Below are positions 56,117 through 64,000 of a stretch of 64,000 nt of DNA, in pieces. The position numbers and the translations under genes are program-made. The stretch comes from Nitrosomonadales bacterium (GTDB lineage: Bacteria > Pseudomonadota > Gammaproteobacteria > Burkholderiales > Gallionellaceae): assembly GCA_016214695.1 (NCBI GenBank), contig JACRNY010000005.1, positions 80,372 through 144,371 on the forward strand, written 5' to 3'. The notes beneath the pieces were generated by a model. That model did no database searches and was not told the DNA's origin. It was given only the letters and a program-made list of their open reading frames with translations. Numbering within the stretch: position 1 is the first letter of the stretch; each line of letters begins with the position of its first letter.

Positions 56117-57112
56117 ATGGTAACCCCTAAAATTTCCGATAAAAGCACCACGGCGCAACCTCCCAAATTATTGGATCAAGTCCGCGATAAGTTGCGGGTG
56201 AAGCACTACAGCATTCGCACCGAACAAGCCTATACGGGCTGGATTAAACGCTATATCTATTTTCACGGCAAGCGCCACCCCAAAGACATGGGCGCGGCAG
56301 AGATAGAGGCTTTTCTGACAAATCTGGCTGTCGAGGGCAATGTTTCCGCGTCCACACAAAACCTGGCCAAGAGTTCATTGTTATTCCTCTATCGCGAGGT
56401 TCTTGAAATTGAATTGCCCTGGCTGGATAACGTGACACAGGCCAAAGTACCAAAGCGCTTGCCGGTTGTCCTGACGGTATCGGAAGTTCAGAGCGTGTTG
56501 TCGCAATTGAATGGCACGCATTTGTTGATCGCATCGTTACTGTACGGCGGCGGGATGCGTTTGATGGAGGCGGTGCGCTTGCGCGTCAAGGATGTGGATT
56601 TCGAGCGGCGCGAGATTCTGGTACGCGAGGGCAAGGGGTTCAAGGACAGGGTGACGATGTTGCCGGAAACGATCATCGATTCGCTCAAGGCGCACATGGC
56701 AAGGGTCAAAGCATTGCATGCGGAAGATCTGGCGCAGGGCTATGGTGAGGTGTACATGCCATTCGCGCTGGACAAGAAATATCCAACAGCCGGAAGAGAC
56801 TGGAGCTGGCAGTATGTTTTCCCGTCAAAGAATCTGTCGGTCGATCCGCGTTCGGGCAAAACGCGCCGCCATCATGTGGATGAAAAAGGTGTACAGCGTG
56901 CGGTGAAGCAGGCCGTGCGCGATGCAGAGCTCACCAAACCCGCCACGCCGCACACGCTGCGCCATTCCTTTGCCACGCATCTGTTGCAATCGGGCTACGA
57001 CATCCGCACCGTGCAGGAGCTGCTCGGCCATTCCGATGTTTCCACCACCATGATCTACACGCATGTGCTGAACAAGGGCGGCAGAGGTGTGGTGAGTCCG
57101 CTGGACAGGTGA
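56117..57112 (+). CDS. intI: Integron integrase (331 aa)
   Basis: RBS GAAGGAGA; [32 protein letters not shown] and TTMIYTH motifs; integron-specific insert [29 protein letters not shown]. Confidence 0.97.
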   Translation: MVTPKISDKSTTAQPPKLLDQVRDKLRVKHYSIRTEQAYTGWIKRYIYFHGKRHPKDMGAAEIEAFLTNLAVEGNVSASTQNLAKSSLLFLYREVLEIELPWLDNVTQAKVPKRLPVVLTVSEVQSVLSQLNGTHLLIASLLYGGGMRLMEAVRLRVKDVDFERREILVREGKGFKDRVTMLPETIIDSLKAHMARVKALHAEDLAQGYGEVYMPFALDKKYPTAGRDWSWQYVFPSKNLSVDPRSGKTRRHHVDEKGVQRAVKQAVRDAELTKPATPHTLRHSFATHLLQSGYDIRTVQELLGHSDVSTTMIYTHVLNKGGRGVVSPLDR

Positions 57113-57140
57113 AGCGGAGAGTTCGCTCAAAGATTCTCCA

Positions 57141-57180
57141 AAAAAAACGGCGCGCAATCCCTTGCGCGCCGTTTTTGTTT
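57141..57180. terminator. Bidirectional intrinsic terminator between intI and flgL
   Basis: aaaaa-cggcgcgcaa-tccc-ttgcgcgccg-ttttt. Confidence 0.88.
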
Positions 57181-57194
57181 GTTGATGAATCTTG

Positions 57195-58403
57195 TTACAG
57201 GTAGTCGAACAGCGACATCTGTGACACTTTCGCGAACGACTGCTGTGCTGCCTGCAGCGTCATCTGCTCCACGGCGAGTTCGCTGATGGCTTTGTTGTAG
57301 TCGGTGTCCTGGACCTTGGACAGGGTCTGCTTGAGTTGCAGCCCGACTTCTTCGCCGGTGGCCTGCAGGGCATCCAGTTCGCGCAGTCGCGCTCCCATGG
57401 TGGCGCGGACGTTCAGGACATTGCCGAGCCCCTGATCGATCGCGCCGAAGGCGTCGTTCAGTCCCTGACGGTAGGCTGCCGAGTTCATGGCGTTGGTCGA
57501 GGGGATGGAGGCATTCAGCGTCGCGATGAGGTCGCTGAGGGTGGTGAACAGGCTCTGGTTGGTGCTGGGGGTGATATCGAAGGTGTCGCCGGCGACGGGG
57601 GCGCCCCTGATCTCGACCTGCACGCCGTTGAAGCCGATCGTCTGTCCGCTCACGTAGGTGCCGGAGCTTACCGGCACGGGCGGCCCGGCGGTCACATCGT
57701 TGATGTCGTAGGTGGTGGCACTGGTGAAGACGATCTGGTAGCTGTTGTTGTTGTACAGCGCCGGATCGATCACCGCGCCCTGGGTGATGGATCCGGTGCC
57801 GGTGTTGCCTGCGCCGGGTGCGGCCTGGAACAGGCCATTGCCGTTGCGGATGCGCATGAAGATGTCGGCACCGGAGTCGGTGGTGGTGATCTGGCGCGAT
57901 GCGGCAGCCTGTACTTTGCGCTGCACGTCGTCGCCCTGGTAGGCGACGCCGCCGGCGGTATCCACGAACGGTTGCACAGTGCCCTGCGACCCGGAGAACA
58001 GGAAGTTACCTGCACCGTCGCTGCTGTTGGCCAACCCCAGCAATTCCTGCAGGCGGCCCTGCAGTTCGGTCGCCAGTGATTTGCGGCTGGTGTCGTTGAG
58101 GATGCCATTGCCGGCATCCACCGCGATGACGCGCACATCCTGCAGCAGTGACGTCACGCTTTGCATGACACCTTCCGCCAGGCCCAGCGTGTTCATCGCC
58201 GCTGTGCGATTGACGCCGTATTGGGTGTTCGCCGAATCCGACTGGGTGAGTTCCACCGCGCGTGCCGCGCCGGCAGGATCATCGGCGGGATTGAGGATGC
58301 GGCGCCCGGTCGCGATCTGCTGCTGCGTCTTGGCAACCTGCGACTGCAGGTTGTTCATGGTGGTGATGTTCTCGTTATAGAGTGTGCTGGTACTGATGCG
58401 CAT
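57195..58403 (-). CDS. flgL: Hook-filament junction protein FlgL
   Basis: MRISTSTLY..QIATGRRILNPADDPAGA, FLFSGSQ and DTDYNKAISEL motifs. Confidence 0.93.
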   Translation of the reverse strand: MRISTSTLYNENITTMNNLQSQVAKTQQQIATGRRILNPADDPAGAARAVELTQSDSANTQYGVNRTAAMNTLGLAEGVMQSVTSLLQDVRVIAVDAGNGILNDTSRKSLATELQGRLQELLGLANSSDGAGNFLFSGSQGTVQPFVDTAGGVAYQGDDVQRKVQAAASRQITTTDSGADIFMRIRNGNGLFQAAPGAGNTGTGSITQGAVIDPALYNNNSYQIVFTSATTYDINDVTAGPPVPVSSGTYVSGQTIGFNGVQVEIRGAPVAGDTFDITPSTNQSLFTTLSDLIATLNASIPSTNAMNSAAYRQGLNDAFGAIDQGLGNVLNVRATMGARLRELDALQATGEEVGLQLKQTLSKVQDTDYNKAISELAVEQMTLQAAQQSFAKVSQMSLFDYL

Positions 58404-58410
58404 GATAGTC

Positions 58411-60342
58411 CTAGCCTCCCAGTTGCAATAAGGTGTCGAACATGTTGTTGGCGATCGACATCGCCTTTGCCGCCGCCTGATAGGCCTGCTGGTAGCGCAG
58501 CAGGTTCGCCGCTTCCTCGTCCAGGTTGACACCGGATACCGCCTGCTGCGACTTGGTCACCTGGTCGAGCATGCTGGTCTGCGCCCGGCTGGTGACTTCG
58601 AGTTCGCGCGTCTGGGTGCCGACCTGGCTGATCAGTTGCCCATAGGCGCCCTGATAGCTGGTGGTGCCGTTCGCCATGGTATTGGCGGTCTGCAGCAGCG
58701 CCAGTTTGAGCACGTTGCTGCCGTCGGTGGTGGCATTGGTGTTGGCGGTGACGGTGAACACGTCGCCGGCAGCCGGCGTCCCGCTGATCTGCGTGGTCCA
58801 GCCGTTGATGGTGATCGCGCTGCCCGAGGTATATGCCTGCGGCCCCGCCGGTGCACCGGTGCCGGTGGCGGTGTAGGTGGTGGGCGGATTGTTGAAAGTG
58901 ATGGTGATCGGCTGCTGCAGGTTGGCATCCAGCGGCAGACCGGGCACCACCGTCGCTGCCGCGATGAGGCCTGTGCCCAAATTGCTTATCTGTGCATTGG
59001 AACGCACGGGCGAAGCGGCCGCGATCCTGGCGGGGTCGGTGATGCCGAGCGCGATGGCGCTGGCGCCGCTCACCGTGGGGCGAACCAGGAAGGAGTCGCC
59101 CGCCGCATTCGCCACCATTCCCGGCGTCAGTTGCAGGGTGATGCCGGTGCCAGTGAGCGTCTGTCCGGCAGTAAGCTGCGCCGTGGTGAATGTCTGCAGC
59201 AGCGTGTTGTCGGAGGTGTCGTAGACGTTGTAGTTGGTGCCGTCGAACTGCACGTTGTAATCCTTGCCGGTCAGCGCCGCTGTGCTGCTGATGCTGGCCG
59301 CCAGCGAGCTGTCGCCGACGTTGCTGGTGGAGGCCGTCACGCGCGGGGTCGCGGAAGAGAAGAACGTCCCGCCCAAGGCCCCCTTGAGATCCATGCCCTG
59401 CTGGTGTTGCTGGTTGAAGGTGTCGGCCAGGCCGAGCGCGATGCGGCCCAGCGCATTGACGGCGGGGTCGAGTTCGTTCTGGCGGAAGTCGAGATAGCCG
59501 CCGAGATTACCGCCCTGCAAAGCGTCCTGGCGGATGCGGCTGACATTGCCATTGTTCAGGTAGGCGACCTCCAGCGAGGTCGGATCGGTGGTGGAAGCGA
59601 CCGCCTGCAGGGTGGAGACACGGTTGCCGACCACCAGCGACTGGCCGCTGCCGATGAACACGTCCACCGAGCCGTCCGACTGCTTCACTGTGGAAACGCG
59701 GATCTCCTGGCTCAACTGGTTGATCAGCTGGTCGCGCTGGTCGAGCAGGTCGTTGGGCGGTTGTCCCGGCGTCTTGGACTGGAGCAGCACGATGTTATCG
59801 TTCAGCGCGGCGATCTGTTTCGCGTAGCTGTTGACCGAGGTCACGCTGTTCTGGATCTGGCCGTTGAGTCCGTCGCGGATCTGGTTCATGCGCAGGTCCA
59901 GCGCCTGCAGGCGGTTCACCAGCGTCTGGGCGCTGCCGATCATGCCTTGTCGCGCGGAAACGGATTCGGGCGCGTTGGCCACGCCGTTCACTGCGTTGAA
60001 GAAGTCCTGCAGGGTCGGGGTGAGGCCGCCGCTGGAATCGCCGAACAGGTTGCTCAGCTGCTGCGACAGTTCGTAGCGGGCGTTCAGGTTGGATGACTGG
60101 GTCTGCGCTTCCAGCACCTGCGCGCCAAGGAACTGGTCGTAGCGGCGCAACACGGTGGTGACATCGGCCCCCTGCCCCAGATAGCCGGCGCCGGTATTCT
60201 GCGGCTGCTCGGCGGTCTGGATGATCTCCTGGCGCGAATAGCCGGGGGTGTTCACGTTGGCGATGTTGTGCGAGGTCGCGGCGATGCCCGCCTGAGCCGC
60301 CCGCAATGCACTTACCCCGATACCGTATATTCCTGTGCCCAT
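58411..60342 (-). CDS. flgK: Hook-associated protein FlgK
   Basis: SHNIANVNTPGYSRQ, PNDLLDQRDQL and SGVNLDEEAANLLRYQQAYQA motifs. Confidence 0.95.
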   Translation of the reverse strand: MGTGIYGIGVSALRAAQAGIAATSHNIANVNTPGYSRQEIIQTAEQPQNTGAGYLGQGADVTTVLRRYDQFLGAQVLEAQTQSSNLNARYELSQQLSNLFGDSSGGLTPTLQDFFNAVNGVANAPESVSARQGMIGSAQTLVNRLQALDLRMNQIRDGLNGQIQNSVTSVNSYAKQIAALNDNIVLLQSKTPGQPPNDLLDQRDQLINQLSQEIRVSTVKQSDGSVDVFIGSGQSLVVGNRVSTLQAVASTTDPTSLEVAYLNNGNVSRIRQDALQGGNLGGYLDFRQNELDPAVNALGRIALGLADTFNQQHQQGMDLKGALGGTFFSSATPRVTASTSNVGDSSLAASISSTAALTGKDYNVQFDGTNYNVYDTSDNTLLQTFTTAQLTAGQTLTGTGITLQLTPGMVANAAGDSFLVRPTVSGASAIALGITDPARIAAASPVRSNAQISNLGTGLIAAATVVPGLPLDANLQQPITITFNNPPTTYTATGTGAPAGPQAYTSGSAITINGWTTQISGTPAAGDVFTVTANTNATTDGSNVLKLALLQTANTMANGTTSYQGAYGQLISQVGTQTRELEVTSRAQTSMLDQVTKSQQAVSGVNLDEEAANLLRYQQAYQAAAKAMSIANNMFDTLLQLGG

Positions 60343-60382
60343 TTCGATTCCTTTTGCCGGTAGACAGCATTACATGGCTTGG

Positions 60383-60409
60383 CTATCGGCACCTTTCGGG
60401 AAAACTTTA
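60383..60409 (-). promoter_or_regulatory. Sigma-28 promoter of flgKL
   Basis: Minus strand TAAAGTTT-N11-GCCGATAG. Confidence 0.85.
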
Positions 60410-60417
60410 GGATTTTC

Positions 60418-61302
60418 CTATGCCCGCACCCTGACGCTGCCGATGACGCTGGTCAATTTGTCCGCATAGCGCGGGTCGGTGGCGTAGCCGGCCTTTTGCA
60501 AAGCCTGTGCGAACGCCTTGCCATCGCTCTGCTCCAGTACCGCAGCATAGCGCGGATCGTCGCTCAGGAACCGGGCGTAATCCCGGAATGCCTCGGTATA
60601 GCTGCCGTAGGCGCGGAAGCGCTCCACCTGTTTACTTGCCACGCCATTGTGGTATTCGGTGGTGGTCACTTCGGCGACCTTGCCGTTCCAGCCCTTGTTC
60701 GCCTTGATGCCGAACAGGTTATGGCTGTTGCTGCCGTCCGCATTCATGATCTCGCGCTTGCCCCAGCCGCTCTCCAGCGCCGCCTGACCCATGATGAGAT
60801 GGGCGGGGATGCCGGTGCTGCGGCTGGCCGCCTCGGCATGCGGGCGCATCCTGTCGACGAATGCCTGCTGGAAATCGGCACTGTAGGCTGAGGGCAGCCC
60901 CTTAGTGCTGAGTGCCGAGTGCTGAGTACCGAGTACTGAGTGCTGAGTGTTGAGTGCGGGGGGCGGAGAACTCGACGCTCCGGACTCGGGAGTCGGTACT
61001 TGCTGGCGGGAGAGTTGCCGCACCATGATGTCGGCCAGGCCGACACCGCGGTCGGCCATGCTCTGCGCCAGTTGCTGGTCGAGCATGCCGGTGAACATCC
61101 TGGTCTGCTCGCTATCGAACACGCCGTCCTGCGGGGTCGCCTCGCGCATGCTCTTGAGCATCATGTTGAGGAACACGGTCTCGAACTGCTGCGCCACCGT
61201 CTTCAGCGCCTGGTCGGGCGCCTGCTTGGCCTGCAGTTTGAGTCTGTCGAGGTTCTGGCCGTCAACGGCCAGACCGCCGACATCCATGCCGGAGAGTGAC
61301 AT
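60418..61302 (-). CDS. flgJ: Peptidoglycan hydrolase FlgJ
   Basis: QQFETVFLNMMLKSMR rod-binding domain; QAALESGWG, NLFGIKA and GYATDP glucosaminidase motifs. Confidence 0.94.
   Translation of the reverse strand: MSLSGMDVGGLAVDGQNLDRLKLQAKQAPDQALKTVAQQFETVFLNMMLKSMREATPQDGVFDSEQTRMFTGMLDQQLAQSMADRGVGLADIMVRQLSRQQVPTPESGASSSPPPALNTQHSVLGTQHSALSTKGLPSAYSADFQQAFVDRMRPHAEAASRSTGIPAHLIMGQAALESGWGKREIMNADGSNSHNLFGIKANKGWNGKVAEVTTTEYHNGVASKQVERFRAYGSYTEAFRDYARFLSDDPRYAAVLEQSDGKAFAQALQKAGYATDPRYADKLTSVIGSVRVRA
60904..61003. repeat. In-frame heptamer element inside the flgJ linker
   Basis: Eight agtgctg-like units (60904-60959) plus a degenerate opposite arm (60969-61003); encodes ...ALNTQHSVLGTQHSALSTK. 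Confidence 0.82.
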
Positions 61303-62402
61303 CAGATCACCTCTAACTCTGCGCGCAATGCCCCTGCCGACTTCATCGCCTGCAGGATCGCCAGCATGTCCTGCGGCGTCGCGCCGATGGAGTTGAGCGC
61401 CTTGATGACGTCGCCCAGTGCCACACCCTGTTTCAGATGCAGCAGGTTGCCGGGGGCCGCATTGATTTCGATATTGGCGTTGCTCACCGGCGTGGTCGCG
61501 CCCTGTGACAGCGGCGCCGGCTGGCTCACCGCGTTGTCCGCACTGATGACCACCGTGAGGTTGCCGTGCGCGACCGCGCAATCGCCCAGCGTGACCTTCT
61601 GGTTCATCACGACCGAACCGGTGCGTGCATTGATGATGACCTTGGCGCTGGCCGCCGCGGCGTCGAGCGAGAGGTTCTCGATGCGCGAGAGGAAGGCGAC
61701 GCGTGCGCTGCCTTCCGGCGCGCGGACCTGGATGGTGCGGCTGTCCAGCGCCTGGGCGATCTCGGTATCGGGAGAGATGTCGCGATTGATGGTGTCGGCC
61801 AGACGCGTGGCCGTGGTGAAATCGGCATTCACCAGTTCAAGGTGGACGAACTCGCCCTGCCCCAGCACCGTCGGCACGGAACGCTCCACAGTCGCGCCGC
61901 CGGGGATGCGGCCCACGCTCAGGTGGTTGATGACGGTCTTGGAACCGCCGGCCGCGGCGCCGGCGCCGCTGACCAGCAGGTTGCCCTGCGCCATCGCGTA
62001 CACCTGGCCGTCGGCGCCTTTCAGCGGCGTCATCAGCAGCGTGCCGCCGCGCAGGCTCTTGGCGTTACCGATGGACGACACGGTGATGTCGATGACCTGG
62101 CCGGGACGCGAGAACGGCGGCAGCGAGGCCGTCACCGTCACGGCGGCGAGGTTCTTCAATTGCAGACTGGTGCCGGGCGGCAGGGTCACGCCCATCTGCG
62201 CCAGCATGGTGATGGTGCTCTGTACCGTGAACGGGGTCTGCGTGGTCTGGTCGCCGCTGCCGTCGAGACCCACCACCAGGCCGTAGCCGAGCAACTGGTT
62301 CTCGCGCACGCCGAGCACGGTGGCCAGGTCCTTGACGCGTTCGGCGGATGCCGCCAGCGACAGCGTCATCAACAACGCGAAGACGAGTGATTTGATGTTC
62401 AT
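61302..62402 (-). CDS. flgI: P-ring protein
   Basis: RENQLLGYGLVVGLDGSGD, SLRGGTLLMTPL and LQAMKSAGAL motifs. Confidence 0.96.
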   Translation of the reverse strand: MNIKSLVFALLMTLSLAASAERVKDLATVLGVRENQLLGYGLVVGLDGSGDQTTQTPFTVQSTITMLAQMGVTLPPGTSLQLKNLAAVTVTASLPPFSRPGQVIDITVSSIGNAKSLRGGTLLMTPLKGADGQVYAMAQGNLLVSGAGAAAGGSKTVINHLSVGRIPGGATVERSVPTVLGQGEFVHLELVNADFTTATRLADTINRDISPDTEIAQALDSRTIQVRAPEGSARVAFLSRIENLSLDAAAASAKVIINARTGSVVMNQKVTLGDCAVAHGNLTVVISADNAVSQPAPLSQGATTPVSNANIEINAAPGNLLHLKQGVALGDVIKALNSIGATPQDMLAILQAMKSAGALRAELEVI

Positions 62403-62415
62403 GTTGTTACCTCTT

Positions 62416-62529
62416 CCCTCTCCTGTGCGTGGATGTTGCCGCTTCAGCGGCTTTACATCCACGGCCTACTCCTTGCGGGTGCAATCCTCTCCCGCAAGCG
62501 GGCGAGGAGGCAAACGAATCGCTATGCGA
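62416..62529. repeat. CCCTCTCCCG..CGGG family element with a nested hairpin (flgH-flgI spacer)
   Basis: cctctcc is duplicated around a hairpin insert (cgtggatgt/acatccacg); tail gcgggcgaggagg.caaa..tcgcta.gcga as at 8560-8592. Confidence 0.7.
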
Positions 62530-62537
62530 ACTCTTCA

Positions 62538-63215
62538 TCAGAAGGGCAGGATCGACATGAAGAAGCGGTTGAACATGGTGGTCACCGCTGCCGTATCGAG
62601 GTTCTGCGCGCCCTTGTATTCGACGTGCACATCCGCGACCTGCGTGGATTGCACGGTATTGCTGCTGCTGATGTTGGACGGATTCACCACGCCGGAGAAG
62701 CGCACGTATTCTTCCGAGTGTTTGATCGCCACCTGCTTCTCGCCGGCGACGCGCAGGTTGCCGTTGGGCAACACCTCGATCACGGTCACGGTGATCGCGC
62801 CGGAGAAACTGTTGCTGCCGGAGCTGTCGGTCTTGCTGGCCGATTTGACCGCGGTGTCGGCCGCGACGCCGAGCGGGAACTGGGTGGTAGTGCCCGCCGC
62901 GCCCGAGGTGACGGTCGGGGTACTCATGCCGATGCTGCCGCTGTTGTCCGCGCTGCTGCCCGATTTGCCCGAAGCAGAGGTCGTCTCGACGATGTTGATG
63001 ATGAGCACGTCGCCGATGTTGCGCGCGCGCCGGTCTTCGAACATCGGACGTTCGTTCACACCGGCCTGGAAGATCGCGCCGTTGTTTTCCGCGGCTTGTG
63101 TCGATTTCGGCACCGGACGCGCGGTCAGCGGCTGCTTGATGCTGGTGGAGGGCACACAGGCGCTCAGCGATGCCGCCAGCGCCACGAACCACATCAGATG
63201 GAAAACCTTATTCAT
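62538..63215 (-). CDS. flgH: L-ring lipoprotein
   Basis: Lipobox LSAC; FEDRRARNIGD and VLPNGNLRVAGEKQV motifs. Confidence 0.95.
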   Translation of the reverse strand: MNKVFHLMWFVALAASLSACVPSTSIKQPLTARPVPKSTQAAENNGAIFQAGVNERPMFEDRRARNIGDVLIINIVETTSASGKSGSSADNSGSIGMSTPTVTSGAAGTTTQFPLGVAADTAVKSASKTDSSGSNSFSGAITVTVIEVLPNGNLRVAGEKQVAIKHSEEYVRFSGVVNPSNISSSNTVQSTQVADVHVEYKGAQNLDTAAVTTMFNRFFMSILPF

Positions 63216-63223
63216 GATGCACC

Positions 63224-64000
63224 TCATATCTGCGACAGTTTCTGCAACATCTGGTCCGAGGTGGTGATCGCCTTGGAGTTGATCTCGTACGCGCGCTGCG
63301 TCTGGATCATGTTCACCAGCTCTTCCACCACGTTGACGTTGGATGTCTCGACATAGCCCTGGCTCAGGGTGCCGGTGCCGTTGGTGCCCGGCACGTTGGT
63401 GCTGGGCGTGCCCGACGATCCGCTCTCCAGATACAGGTTCTGGCCCATGCTTTCGAGTCCGGAGGCGTTGACGAAGGTCGCCAGTTGCAGGCTGCCGACC
63501 TGCACCGGCGCGGCTACGCCGGCCTGGGTGACGCTGACCACGCCGTCCTGGCCGATGGTGATACTGGTGGTGTTGGCCGGGATGGTGATGGCGGGTTGCA
63601 CCACGAAACCGTTGGCGGTGACGATCTGCCCCTGGCTGTCGGTCTGGAAGGAGCCGTCGCGGGTGTAGGCCGTGCTGCCGTCCGGCATCAGTACCTGGAA
63701 GAAGCCGTTGCCCTGGATCGCCACATCCAGCTTGTTGCCGGTCTGTTGCAGGTTGCCCTGGGTGTGGACGCGTTCGGTGGCGACCGGACGCACGCCGGTA
63801 CCGATCTGCAGACCGGAGGGCACTTGCGTCTGCTGTGACGACTGTGCGCCGGGCTGGCGCAGGTTCTGGTACAGCAGGTCCTCGAACACCGCGCGCGAAC
63901 GCTTGAACCCCGTCGTGCTGACGTTGGCGAGGTTGTTGGAGATGACATCCATCTGGGTCTGTTGCGCTTCCAGACCGGTCTTCGATATCCAGAGTGAGCG
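63224..64000 (-). CDS. flgG: Distal rod protein FlgG (start just beyond the window end)
   Basis: [34 protein letters not shown] and [22 protein letters not shown] motifs. Confidence 0.96.
   Translation of the reverse strand, partial: RSLWISKTGLEAQQTQMDVISNNLANVSTTGFKRSRAVFEDLLYQNLRQPGAQSSQQTQVPSGLQIGTGVRPVATERVHTQGNLQQTGNKLDVAIQGNGFFQVLMPDGSTAYTRDGSFQTDSQGQIVTANGFVVQPAITIPANTTSITIGQDGVVSVTQAGVAAPVQVGSLQLATFVNASGLESMGQNLYLESGSSGTPSTNVPGTNGTGTLSQGYVETSNVNVVEELVNMIQTQRAYEINSKAITTSDQMLQKLSQI

Larger units (their letters stand above)
50164..57112. mobile_element. Chromosomal integron: intI on +, cassette array on -
   Basis: Integron integrase plus 13 attC sites in the same orientation, with short AT-richer ORFs between them. 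Confidence 0.95.

Noticed and set aside
60383-60409. Internal sigma-28 promoter before flgK as a novelty
   Set aside because: It is real, but an established feature of flgKL in FlhDC/FliA systems, so it is listed as a feature only.
1-64000. tRNA, rRNA or prophage genes
   Set aside because: No cloverleaf, rRNA-like tract or phage structural genes were recognised by eye; tRNAscan/Infernal would be needed to exclude small RNAs.

Overview
Betaproteobacterial chromosome segment. A Nitrosomonadales/Gallionellaceae-like origin is inferred from gene order, not confirmed. 1-13.6 kb is housekeeping: rpoH 3' end, sspBA, petABC, mgtC-like, Nif3, HtrA protease, tatABC, hinT and hisCBHAFIE. 13.7-64 kb is a flagellar supercluster. 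It holds a NarL-type two-component pair, a diguanylate cyclase, an unusually short 238-aa flagellin with fliDST and ycgR, a ~15-kb glycosylation island (YerE-like ThDP enzyme, NeuB-like synthase, five methyltransferases, sulfotransferase, GT2, TPR-GT41), fliE-R and flgG-L. Between the convergent fliR and flgL lies a complete chromosomal integron: intI, a putative attI, 13 attC sites and about 14 cassette units. The array includes an essentially non-coding cassette present in three progressively deleted copies, a stand-alone EF-Tu domain-III-like gene, and a higBA cassette whose toxin was destroyed by a REP-flanked Y1 (RAYT-like) transposase element. At least six families of miniature palindromic or tandem elements occur, mostly inside flagellar operons, and two of them are in frame within fliP and flgJ. 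No rRNA, tRNA or CRISPR array was seen.
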